This document shows, in pieces, positions 9,173 to 18,176 of a DNA stretch of 64,000 bases. The notes below the pieces were generated by a model. The model was given only the letters and a program-made list of their open reading frames with translations. It did not search any database and was not told where the DNA came from. The DNA is taken from NCBI RefSeq assembly GCF_900048895.1, contig NZ_LT160640.1, positions 1,068,758 to 1,132,757 on the forward strand, in the 5' to 3' direction. Source of the DNA: Neglectibacter timonensis. Lineage in GTDB: Bacteria; Bacillota; Clostridia; Oscillospirales; Acutalibacteraceae. Every line of letters begins with the position of its first letter. The first letter of the stretch is position 1. The translations under genes were made by a program, and so were the position numbers.

Positions 9173-9411
9173 CACTTATAGAACGGCGGCAGCCAGCGCC
9201 TGCCATCCCCCCAAAAATCTGGAAGACGGAAAAGTAAGACTGACAAGGAGAACAGCTAAATCCATCCTGTTTTTTCAATCTTTTTACACGGCATAAAGAG
9301 GAACGGTCGTATAACACTGGTTATCCCAGTTTCATACAACCGTTCTGTTTTTTACTATGGTAACTGCTTTTTATTCAACACGGAGCTTGGACTTCTTACT
9401 GTTAAAGGATT

Positions 9412-11001
9412 TTAAGCTTCCTTTTTGCTGGCATTGTATTCAGAAATTTGGCCATTGAGTTCTTCAATTACCTTCTCAATTCCCGCCTCATTGAGTTTCT
9501 GACGCAAAAGAGGCAAGCCTTCTTCCGGATCAACAGTTCCCATATCCAGCGGCACTTTATAGGTGGCAAGCACATTGGCTATAGCCGCAATTTCAGCAGA
9601 GATGTTCTCATTATTAATTGTAAAACCAGCAAGAGCGGGAATGACAGATTTGTCATACAGTTCCGTTTCTTTTTCATGCGCCACGTCCCAGTCCTCCAAA
9701 TTGGGATACTGAAGATCGATATTGTTCATGCCCATGCCAAGATTAATGGTTCCAATATTCTCCGACGGATCTACGCCTTCAGGGCGCGTCAGCTTTCCAT
9801 CCTCAGTCAAAGCGTAGTTCACTCCTTCTACGCCATTATACATCAGATGATAAGCCTCTTCATCCGTGAGGATATATTCCAGGAACATCAAGGAGCGTTC
9901 TGGATTTTTTGAATTGATGCTGATTGCGGTTCCGTTACCGGCGGGAGCCTTTCTTTCAATCAGATTATCTTCTAAGGACCAGAAACTGATCTCCCAATCC
10001 GGTTGCTCACGTTGCATCTGCACATAAAGATTGCGAATGCCTGGATAATTAGAACGGGCAACTGCACTGGTACCCGCTTTAAACTGATCCAACGACCCGG
10101 TTTTTTCCGAAAGGACGCTCTTAGACCAAAAGCCTTTTTGAAACCAGTCTCTTTGCCTGGCTACAAATGCTTCGTATTCCGGAGTATCTGCGATAGAAAA
10201 AACTTCCTTGCCTTCGTCCATCTTATAAGTGATAATTCCCATATCCCCGCCAACAATCGGTCTTGCCCAGTCAGTTTCGTACTGCAGGGCTGAGTAGAGG
10301 GGCGCTGATTCCGTACCGCTCATCGCATAGGGGAACATACTGGGCTCATTTTCTTTGACAGCGGTCAGGAACGCCTCCAGATCGTCATAGGAATGGATTT
10401 CCGGACAATTGTACTTTTTTCTAAGATCTTCACGAACCACAAGGTCGGCAGTCTCCACTTCTTTTGTGAAGGAAGGAACCATACAGAGATTCCCATTCAC
10501 TTTTAAGTGATCTATCATATCCCGTTCTTCTATCATCGAAAAAACTTTTGGAGCATAGGCAGGCATCATTTCATCCAAATTCATAAATGCGCCTTTTGCA
10601 CCCTGCTCAAAATAGAACGCCCAATCCGCCGTATAGATCATGTCGAAATTCTCCCCAGACGCCAAAACAATCGGGATTTTCTGCGTCCAGTCACCCCAGG
10701 AAATCGCTGCCGCCTCAAGGGTTACATTAATTTTTTCGCCCAGTTTTTCATTGAGGGCGTCCAATGCTGTCTGGGCTTTTCCTGTAGGAGCGTCTCCAAG
10801 ATAGTAGTATTTCAGAGTGATATGTTCGGAAATATCCGGCGCGCCGTCACCAGTGTTCTGATTTTCTCCACTTGCCTCCGAACTCCCTGTTTCAACGCTC
10901 TGTGTTTGTCCGGCAGACGAACCCTCCGTACCGCCGCTGCAGCCGGAAAGAACCGAGCACAGCAGCGCCGCTGCTAGAAGCAGTGTGAACAACCTCTTCA
11001 T
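9412..11001 (-). CDS. Extracellular solute-binding lipoprotein of a carbohydrate ABC transporter (LplA/family-1 SBP, about 530 aa)
   Basis: The N-terminus MKRLFTLLLAAALLCSVLSGCSG has a lipobox, and the protein carries a large SBP_bac_1-like domain. A GGGAGGT RBS precedes the ATG at 11001; the ORF-track start at 11016 is an upstream extension. Confidence 0.85.
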   Translation of the reverse strand: MKRLFTLLLAAALLCSVLSGCSGGTEGSSAGQTQSVETGSSEASGENQNTGDGAPDISEHITLKYYYLGDAPTGKAQTALDALNEKLGEKINVTLEAAAISWGDWTQKIPIVLASGENFDMIYTADWAFYFEQGAKGAFMNLDEMMPAYAPKVFSMIEERDMIDHLKVNGNLCMVPSFTKEVETADLVVREDLRKKYNCPEIHSYDDLEAFLTAVKENEPSMFPYAMSGTESAPLYSALQYETDWARPIVGGDMGIITYKMDEGKEVFSIADTPEYEAFVARQRDWFQKGFWSKSVLSEKTGSLDQFKAGTSAVARSNYPGIRNLYVQMQREQPDWEISFWSLEDNLIERKAPAGNGTAISINSKNPERSLMFLEYILTDEEAYHLMYNGVEGVNYALTEDGKLTRPEGVDPSENIGTINLGMGMNNIDLQYPNLEDWDVAHEKETELYDKSVIPALAGFTINNENISAEIAAIANVLATYKVPLDMGTVDPEEGLPLLRQKLNEAGIEKVIEELNGQISEYNASKKEA

Positions 11002-11054
11002 TTTCGTACCTCCCATAAATAAAATTTATCTGTGATAAAACCACAAAAGTGGTT

Positions 11055-11936
11055 TTATCCTTTGACAGAACCAACCGTCAATCCCTTTACAAAATACTTT
11101 TGCACAAACGGATACAGCAGTATGATGGGGCCTGTAGTGATCACAGCCATAGCCATTTTAAACGTTTCATCCGGCATGTCCGCAACGACCAACCCCGCTT
11201 TGGAAGCCGCATCCCGCAAACCCGTGATACTTGTCAGCATCTGATAGAGCAGATACTGCAGCGGATAAAGGTCTGCTTTATTTATGTACATCATGGCATT
11301 GTACCAGTTGTTCCAATAGCCTAAAGCTGTAAACAAGCCTATCGTGGCAAGTCCTGCGCCGGATAGAGGCAAATAGAATTTTACAAAAATAACAAAATCA
11401 TTGGCTCCGTCCAGTTTTGCAGATTCCATGATGGAATCCGGAATACTCTTCATGAAGTTTCGCATCAGAAAAATGTTCCAAGCTCCCAGCAGGCCGGGCA
11501 AGATCAGCGCCAGTATGTTGTCCTTCAGATTCAGATACTTGACAACTAGGATATAGGAAGGGATCATGCCGCCGCTGAAGATGGTCGGGAAGTAGAAGAA
11601 CAGGGCGATTTTATTTCTGAACTCAAAGTCCTTCCTCATCAGGACAAAAGCGGACATAGCCGTTATGAAGAGGCTGATCCCACCTCCCAGAACCGTAATA
11701 AATATCGAAACACCATATGCTTTGAAAATTCTTTCGGGGAGCTGAAACACCATCTTATACGCTTCCACAGAAAATTCGGACGGCCACAGGGAATATCCAC
11801 GGGCGATTATCTCACTTTCACTGGTAAACGATCCGATCACAATCAGCCAAAAGGGCAGAAAACAAATCAACGCGATTACGAAGGTAAAGGTATAAGAAAT
11901 AACACTGAAAAACTTCTCATCTATGGTTTTTTTCAA
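11055..11936 (-). CDS. Carbohydrate ABC transporter permease (LplC/YtcP-like, BPD_transp_1)
   Basis: The 293-aa product has 6 TM segments and the EAA-loop-region sequence SAKLDGANDFVIFVKFYLPL. It sits in an operon with the SBP and a second permease. Confidence 0.85.
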   Translation of the reverse strand: MKKTIDEKFFSVISYTFTFVIALICFLPFWLIVIGSFTSESEIIARGYSLWPSEFSVEAYKMVFQLPERIFKAYGVSIFITVLGGGISLFITAMSAFVLMRKDFEFRNKIALFFYFPTIFSGGMIPSYILVVKYLNLKDNILALILPGLLGAWNIFLMRNFMKSIPDSIMESAKLDGANDFVIFVKFYLPLSGAGLATIGLFTALGYWNNWYNAMMYINKADLYPLQYLLYQMLTSITGLRDAASKAGLVVADMPDETFKMAMAVITTGPIILLYPFVQKYFVKGLTVGSVKG

Positions 11937-11947
11937 ATCCTCACCCC

Positions 11948-12922
11948 CTAAAACAACGAGTAGTCCGGTTCCACTCTTTTCACAAGATAATTTACTCCCA
12001 CAATCATCAGGAAACTCAGCACCGACTGATACAGTCCGGCAGCAGTTCCCATCCCAGGTTCAAATGTTTGCGTCAGCATTCTGAACACATAGGTATCAAT
12101 GATATCTGTTGTGGAATATAGAAGAGAGTTTGTGCCGATAACCTGATAAAAAAGTTCAAATTGGCCTTTCATAATGCTGCCGACCGCAAACAGCGTCACA
12201 ATTATCATCGTCGGTTTGAGGAGCGGAATGGTAATCCAACCGATCTCCTGCCATTTATTGGCGCCGTCAATCTTCGCAGCTTCATAGTACTCGCTGTTGA
12301 TCCCTGTCAGCGCCGCTAGGTAAATCACCACCCCATAACCTAATCCCTTCCATTCGTGGAAAAACACCAACAGGTATTTCCAGATACCGGGATTGCTGTA
12401 CACGTCTACAGGTTCTTGTCCCCAGCTGATCAGGATGTTGTTTACTACGCCGTATTCAAAGTTAAAAAGGTTATAGACCAGCGCCGCCAACAGCACATAG
12501 GAAACAAAATACGGCAGAAACATAACAGACTGTGTGATTTTCTTAAACCATTTCCCAGCCAGCTCGCTGAGCATTATGGCGACAAGCACTTCCATCACAA
12601 GACTGACAAGGATGAACGCTATATTATAAAGAATCGTATTCTTTGTAACTTCCCACAGCGTTCCGGAAGAAAACAGAAATTCAAAATTTCTAACCCCCAC
12701 CCAGGGACTGTCAAATATGCCCTGCTGATAGTTGAAATTCTTAAATGCCAGTACAATACCGCCCATAGGCAGATAGCAAAAAACAATGAAGTACAGAATG
12801 GCGGGCAAGATCATCAACCAAAGAATTTTCTGTTTTCTGATACTTCTGAAGAAGTATCGAAACCCGTGTTTTATCAAAACAGGACCTGTTCCGTTCAATT
12901 CGTTTTTCACAATGGTCTGCAT
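11948..12922 (-). CDS. Carbohydrate ABC transporter permease (LplB/YteP-like)
   Basis: The 324-aa product is a polytopic protein with the AAKIDGANKWQEIGWITIPLLKP EAA motif typical of polysaccharide ABC permeases. Confidence 0.85.
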   Translation of the reverse strand: MQTIVKNELNGTGPVLIKHGFRYFFRSIRKQKILWLMILPAILYFIVFCYLPMGGIVLAFKNFNYQQGIFDSPWVGVRNFEFLFSSGTLWEVTKNTILYNIAFILVSLVMEVLVAIMLSELAGKWFKKITQSVMFLPYFVSYVLLAALVYNLFNFEYGVVNNILISWGQEPVDVYSNPGIWKYLLVFFHEWKGLGYGVVIYLAALTGINSEYYEAAKIDGANKWQEIGWITIPLLKPTMIIVTLFAVGSIMKGQFELFYQVIGTNSLLYSTTDIIDTYVFRMLTQTFEPGMGTAAGLYQSVLSFLMIVGVNYLVKRVEPDYSLF

Positions 12923-13148
12923 ATATTATCCCCCCTCAAACTCGGCTTTGCTTTCCGTTCTGATACTTGCCCGAACATGGATCCCTTTTATCAAAGGCGA
13001 AGAGTTTTTCCAGTCCGGCGTATCCCTGTACCTGATATGCAGTCCTGTATGCTTCCGCTCATCAAAGCCGTTGTTTAGGCGTCTGGGCAGCCTCCAAACA
13101 AATTGCCGGATTGCTTTTGCGTTTACCCGGCCCGGAAAGCTGCCGTTT

Positions 13149-13988
13149 TTATTCCACAATGCCGGTTTCTCTCATATTCAGATAGCCGGCCTGCAGCGCC
13201 TGCCTCCATGACAAATTGTTCAGAGTGTCCTGCTCCACTGTAGCATACTCTATTTCCAGAGCTTGAGCAGTCTCTAAACAGCCTTGTAAATCGAGCGCGC
13301 CGGTTCCTGGAGAAGTAAATACAGGTACGACAATATGACGTCCGTCCGGAGCCTGCGGACGCTCCGTGGTGACGGCAGGCACATAATCCTTGATATGTAC
13401 CATGGCCAGACGGTCACCCAATTCTTTCATAATAGATACCGGATCATAACCTCCAAAATCAGCCCATCCAGTATCCAGTTCAAATTTTAGATACTGCGTA
13501 TTCGCTGCCATCAGATAGTGCGCCGGCGCCCCTCTGACCATAACGGAAAATTCCGCATCATGGTTGTGAAAAGCTAAAGAAACGCCCTCTTTCTCCAATT
13601 CTTTGGCAACGCTGTCCATAGCCTCGCATTCTTTCATCAGTTCGTCGTAAGTCGGCTGCCGGTCAGTTCCTCCAAAGCGGTACGCACCCGCACGGCCGCA
13701 ATAACATACAGCCATAGAAACCCCTATCTTTTTTACTTTCCTGAGAATTTCTTTGGGATCGGGAGCCTGATCCTGCAGAAAATTACAGCTAACGGCCAGA
13801 GGCTTCATACCAATTGCTTCCACACGCTTCAGGTTTTCTGCCGGATCTCCTTTCTCAAACAGCAAATCTCCGCCTTCAAAGGCTCGGTATCCTATCTTTG
13901 CATAATCTTCCAGTGTTTGGTAAACATCTCCCGCCTCCGGCAGAAAACCGATAAAGGCGGCTTTCATTTTTTTCATAGTGATGACCAT
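13149..13988 (-). CDS. Sugar phosphate isomerase/epimerase (xylose-isomerase-like TIM barrel)
   Basis: The 279-aa product has motifs (HNHDAEF, MVHIKD) characteristic of the AP_endonuc_2/xylose isomerase-like TIM-barrel family. The start may instead be an internal ATG at about 13976, because the GAAAGGA RBS abuts the first ATG. Confidence 0.75.
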   Translation of the reverse strand: MVITMKKMKAAFIGFLPEAGDVYQTLEDYAKIGYRAFEGGDLLFEKGDPAENLKRVEAIGMKPLAVSCNFLQDQAPDPKEILRKVKKIGVSMAVCYCGRAGAYRFGGTDRQPTYDELMKECEAMDSVAKELEKEGVSLAFHNHDAEFSVMVRGAPAHYLMAANTQYLKFELDTGWADFGGYDPVSIMKELGDRLAMVHIKDYVPAVTTERPQAPDGRHIVVPVFTSPGTGALDLQGCLETAQALEIEYATVEQDTLNNLSWRQALQAGYLNMRETGIVE

Positions 13989-14294
13989 TCCTTTCTGCTG
14001 CGCCGCTAAACCTCAAAGGAATATGAGCGCTCCTTGGCGCATGAACAACATAATAAACACGACCGTTTCCGCCTCAATCTTGTCGTATCAGCCTTCCTCC
14101 TTTAAAGAGCCTGTCCCCAAAAAATCAACCGCTCTATTAATCTGACGAAAATATAACATGTTTGATCCGCCATTAAAATAAGACTTTTTTTACATCATTG
14201 ACTTTTTTTGTCAACATTGCCACATCCCTTTCCTTTCAGCACGGTAATTGATATAATGTCTGCAAATTCCAAGCAGAGTAGGAAGGGTATCACC

Positions 14295-16019
14295 GTGAAA
14301 AAAGGCAAACCGTTTCTGAATTCCAAAAAGAAGCCTCTGGTATCAATTTTGGCGATTATTATTGTGTTCTGTCTCATATTCGGCTGCAGCCAGTTGCTGG
14401 TAGGGATCATCTTTTTCGCGGAAGGGCGGGAAATCATTATATCGTTAAATCAAAAATCCATTGAAAAACAGATTTCCCTGTACTTTCAACAGCTGGAGCT
14501 TGAATTGCAGATGGTGGAACAACTTCAAAAAGACCTCATAACCGGTCCCGACGTGGTATATCTGAATCTGGGGCCTTATTCTCCTTTTGAGACCAACGTT
14601 GCAATCGCAGTAGACCGGCTGACGACGCAGATGACCACCATCCGAAATGGGAATCGATATATCGAAAGCCTGTCCTTACATTTTCAGAATCCGAAAAGAA
14701 CGCTGCGTGCCGGCAGTGTCTGTTACGCCCGTTTTGACGCCGATCATATCAGCTCGCTTCAATCTGCACCCGGAAAACGGTTCAAAGTTCTGGATGGAAG
14801 CCTGTCTATGGCGGCCTACCCTGCTTCCGCAACTCCAGAAAATTTCGTCTGCTGTTCAGAAATTGTTTTTAACAGCGATTTAATCGCCAGTGAACTAAAG
14901 AACTTTCTGTTTTCAGAAGATTCCCACAGCATTCTGGCATTTACCGAATACAACTATTCCATTTCTTCAAATCCTGATATTTTCGACAGTTTTTCTGACA
15001 GCAGGCCAATGGATACCCATCCGGTAAAGCTGAATGGAATATCGTATATGCCTGTTACATACTTTTCTGATTTCTTTCATGCAAAATACACGCAGCTGAT
15101 CCCGGAAGAAAAAATACTGATGGAAGCAAACCGCTTATTTATTTTCCTATGGGCGTTCTCCGCCTCCATCTTTCTTCTTACCATACTCCACTTCATGCTC
15201 CTGTACCGCTTGATTAACCGGCCGGTCAAAGAGCTGGAAAAAGCCATTCACAAAGTTCAAAGCGGCGACTTCTCAACAAGCCTCTCTCACATCGGCACAC
15301 GGGAATTCTTTCATATTTACGGCGGCTTTAACGAGATGACCAAAAGTATTTCCTACCTGATTGAAGACGTATATGAACAGCAAATGCTGAAGCAAAAGGC
15401 AGAACTGCGCCAGCTGCAGGCACAGATCAACCCTCATTTCCTCTATAACAGCTTCTTTATCCTGAAAAGCAGAATCACTGCCAAAGAGTATGAAGATGCC
15501 GGTCATTTCGCCGATATGTTGGGAATTTACTTTAAATTTATCTCAAAAAACAATGCGGATTCCATCAGCCTCGGCGAAGAACTGGCGCACGCAAGGGCCT
15601 ATGCATCCATACAGGCGGTTCGTTTTAAAAACCGCACGGAGATCCGTTGGGAAGAAATTCCGGAGCAATTCTGCAAGCTGCAGGTTCCGCCGCTGATCCT
15701 GCAGCCCATTCTAGAAAACGCATTCAAATACGGACTGGAGGATATGGAATTTGACGGCCTTCTGGAATTCCGTTCCTCTCATGACAGTGGGTATCTGCAC
15801 CTGACCATTGAAGACAATTCAGAAAGCTTTGAAAAAAACCGTGGAAAAATTGAAATGCTGCAGCAGGCTTTCAGCAGCGGGATCGGTCAAATGGAACCTT
15901 CCGCACTTTTAAATATCCACCGACGGCTTCAGCTGTTTTTCAAAGATCCCCACTGCGGGCTCACCCTTGAACAGGGCGAACAAGGCGGTATGAAAGTCAC
16001 TGTAAAAATCCGCAGATAG
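14295..16019 (+). CDS. Sensor histidine kinase, YesM-like (two N-terminal TM segments, HAMP, His_kinase, HATPase_c)
   Basis: A GTG start at 14295 is preceded by an AGGAAGGG RBS and gives MKKGKPFLNSKKKPLVSILAIIIVF. The protein has an HAMP-like region followed by RQLQAQINPHFLYNS (the H-box of YesM/LytS-type kinases) and a C-terminal ATPase domain. Confidence 0.85.
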   Translation: MKKGKPFLNSKKKPLVSILAIIIVFCLIFGCSQLLVGIIFFAEGREIIISLNQKSIEKQISLYFQQLELELQMVEQLQKDLITGPDVVYLNLGPYSPFETNVAIAVDRLTTQMTTIRNGNRYIESLSLHFQNPKRTLRAGSVCYARFDADHISSLQSAPGKRFKVLDGSLSMAAYPASATPENFVCCSEIVFNSDLIASELKNFLFSEDSHSILAFTEYNYSISSNPDIFDSFSDSRPMDTHPVKLNGISYMPVTYFSDFFHAKYTQLIPEEKILMEANRLFIFLWAFSASIFLLTILHFMLLYRLINRPVKELEKAIHKVQSGDFSTSLSHIGTREFFHIYGGFNEMTKSISYLIEDVYEQQMLKQKAELRQLQAQINPHFLYNSFFILKSRITAKEYEDAGHFADMLGIYFKFISKNNADSISLGEELAHARAYASIQAVRFKNRTEIRWEEIPEQFCKLQVPPLILQPILENAFKYGLEDMEFDGLLEFRSSHDSGYLHLTIEDNSESFEKNRGKIEMLQQAFSSGIGQMEPSALLNIHRRLQLFFKDPHCGLTLEQGEQGGMKVTVKIRR

Positions 16020-16056
16020 ATCCGCGGAAAACAGCTTCTACGAGGAGGGGCCAACT

Positions 16057-16821
16057 GTGATTAAAATAATGATCGTTGACGATGAAGAAGAGATTTTGAA
16101 CAGTATTTTCCGCTTTTTAAGCGAGAAGCTGCCGCAGTACGAATATATCAAAACTACTTCCAGCAGGCAGGCCAGAGAAATACTAAAAACCGACATGATC
16201 GACATTCTGCTTACAGATATCAAAATGCCGCACTGGGATGGCTTTGAACTTTCCTCTGTCGCCAAAGAAACCAATCCGGACTGCCATGTGATCTTTCTCA
16301 CCGGTTATAGTGATTTTGATTTCGCCTATCAGGCCATCAAAGCAAAATGTGACGATTTTTGCCTGAAAAACGACCTCAACGAGGAGGTCATACATGCCAT
16401 TCAGAAAACGGCCAAGATCATCGAACATCACCATGCTGCGGAACAGCTTAAAGCGCCGGATACACTTTTATCGGATCTAAAAAACCATCACAGCATTGAG
16501 TTTGTACAGCAGTATATCCGGGATCATATCGACAGCGACATTTCACTGAATAAGCTTGCACAGGTGGTTTATCTCAGCCCCGCCTATCTGTCCCGGCTCT
16601 TCAAAAATGTTACCGGATCCAATATCACTGAATATCTGTTGCAGGTTCGAATCAAAACCGCAAAAAATCTACTGATCAGTTCTGAAAAGCAGATACAGGA
16701 TATCGCTCTTGCCGTAGGAATAGATTCACCCGTTTACTTCACAAGAATCTTTAAAAAGGCCACTGGGTTCACCCCAGTAGAGTATCGCTCACTCTTCTAC
16801 GGAAAAGGCAAGTTAAATTGA
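16057..16821 (+). CDS. Response regulator with a C-terminal AraC-type HTH (YesN-like)
   Basis: The product starts with the receiver domain MIKIMIVDDEEEIL...ILLTDIKMP and ends with the AraC HTH (YLSPAYLSRLFKNVTGSNITEYLLQVRI). A GTG start follows a GAGGAGGGG RBS. The gene sits immediately downstream of the kinase. Confidence 0.88.
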   Translation: MIKIMIVDDEEEILNSIFRFLSEKLPQYEYIKTTSSRQAREILKTDMIDILLTDIKMPHWDGFELSSVAKETNPDCHVIFLTGYSDFDFAYQAIKAKCDDFCLKNDLNEEVIHAIQKTAKIIEHHHAAEQLKAPDTLLSDLKNHHSIEFVQQYIRDHIDSDISLNKLAQVVYLSPAYLSRLFKNVTGSNITEYLLQVRIKTAKNLLISSEKQIQDIALAVGIDSPVYFTRIFKKATGFTPVEYRSLFYGKGKLN

Positions 16822-17260
16822 GTTGACGAAACAGAAAAAAGACATGGCTTACAGAATTCCCACAGAAGGAAGCAGCATTGCGCCATTCTGAAAGGAACCG
16901 GTAACCCATGTCCGAAACAATCGTACAGCAAAACGAAGCAGTGATGAAAGGAGAGGTAAGAATTTTGATGTGCAGAAGAGACGTTCTGTGAACGTCCGGC
17001 GCAGGAAGCGAAAAAACACCGCATGCTGTCCGCTTCGGGCGCAATGCCTGAAAGTAGCCATTATAACAGGAACCCTGCCGCCTTTTCAGACGTCTCACTC
17101 CCCGCGTCGCGTCTGAAGGAGCCTCTTTTGAATCGTCCGTCACCGGACGGCATCGCCGCCAGGAAGCCAGTGTCAAGAGAAATACGCAGATCCGTTTGCA
17201 GACTCCGGCCAACTTCTCCATCCCAACGTCTGCCAACGAAAGTGCGAAAAACTCTTGACA

Positions 17261-17644
17261 CTATTTTTTTTCCTGCTGCTCCAGAAACTTCCGGATATTC
17301 AGCACTGTCCTGGGAGAGAGAAAATGCTCAATTTTCTCCACCTCTTCCAGTTCATCCTGCGTGCCGTTGATCAGGCACAGCAGCCTGCCGATGGTTTCGT
17401 GCCGCTGTACCAGGTATTCCCCCAGCTTTTTCCCCATGGGGGTCAGGGTGATGTATCCATACCTGGGAAATTCAATCAATTCCTGCGCCCTCAGATTGCC
17501 GGCCATCTTGGAGGCAGAGGGCGGTTTTACATGCAGCGCCTGCGCCAGAGAAGAAATGCGCACCACCTTCGATTGCTCCGACATCCTGCAGATCATCTCC
17601 AGATAGTCCTCCATGGAAGAGGTGATCAGCCCGTGCTCCATCAT
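17261..17644 (-). CDS. DtxR/MntR-family metal-dependent transcriptional repressor
   Basis: The product MMEHGLITSSMEDYLEMICRMSEQSKVVRISSLAQALHVKPPSASKMAGNL... has the DtxR N-terminal HTH and metal-site pattern. A GAAGGG RBS lies 7 nt before its ATG. It is divergent from feoAB. Confidence 0.8.
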   Translation of the reverse strand: MMEHGLITSSMEDYLEMICRMSEQSKVVRISSLAQALHVKPPSASKMAGNLRAQELIEFPRYGYITLTPMGKKLGEYLVQRHETIGRLLCLINGTQDELEEVEKIEHFLSPRTVLNIRKFLEQQEKK

Positions 17645-17785
17645 GGTGTAACCCTTCAGCGTATAGAAGCCTTCCTTGTCCAAATTTCCGCCTCCCGCCT
17701 GTAACAAGTCCACAGGTTTTGAATATAGTAGAGATGAGAAAGAAAATTTCCTTCCCCTAACAAGTATTCAGGAGTGAATTGATAT

Positions 17786-18088
17786 ATGCAGAACAGAATC
17801 AGCCTCGGAAATTTAAAAGAGGGCGAAACCGCCGTCGTGCGTGAACTTTCCGCCGGAGGGAGTCTCCGACGCAGGCTTCAGGATATTGGACTTATCAAGG
17901 GCACCAGGGTGGAGTGTATCGGTATCAGCCCAATGGGCGACCCCGCCGCTTATCTGATCCGCGGTGCGGTCATTGCCCTGCGCAGCGAGGATGCCGCCGG
18001 AATCTTCGTGGACGACGTGGGCGGGACCTGCGTCAGAAGATCAAATAGGCTCTTAACCAAGAACGCTGGAAGTATGGTGACCGAATGA
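17786..18088 (+). CDS. feoA: Ferrous iron transport protein A (FeoA domain)
   Basis: The LKEGETAVVRELSAGGSLRRRLQDIGLIKGTRVE...IRGAVIALRSEDAAGIFV SH3-like FeoA fold is present. An AGGAGTGA RBS precedes the start. Confidence 0.85.
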   Translation: MQNRISLGNLKEGETAVVRELSAGGSLRRRLQDIGLIKGTRVECIGISPMGDPAAYLIRGAVIALRSEDAAGIFVDDVGGTCVRRSNRLLTKNAGSMVTE

Positions 18089-18176
18089 CGGCGTGATTCC
18101 AGGGAGCCGCCCCGAAACAGAACGGGACGGCCCCTTTTCTATCTTCTTACCAAAATGGAACAGGGGTGTGATCTAA

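Noticed and set aside
14208-14294. A histidine kinase start at 14208 (ORF-track first start)
   Set aside because: The in-frame GTG at 14295 has an AGGAAGGG RBS and yields the typical MKKGKPF...TM1 N-terminus. The upstream extension is hydrophilic and has no RBS.
17023-17370. An 81-115-aa Arg-rich ORF on the plus strand (with a TTG start and an AAGGAG RBS) overlapping the 3' end of the DtxR-like gene
   Set aside because: Its composition (R/P/S-rich) and its antisense overlap with a well-supported gene suggest a frame artefact. It is kept only as a note within the 16822-17260 gap observation.
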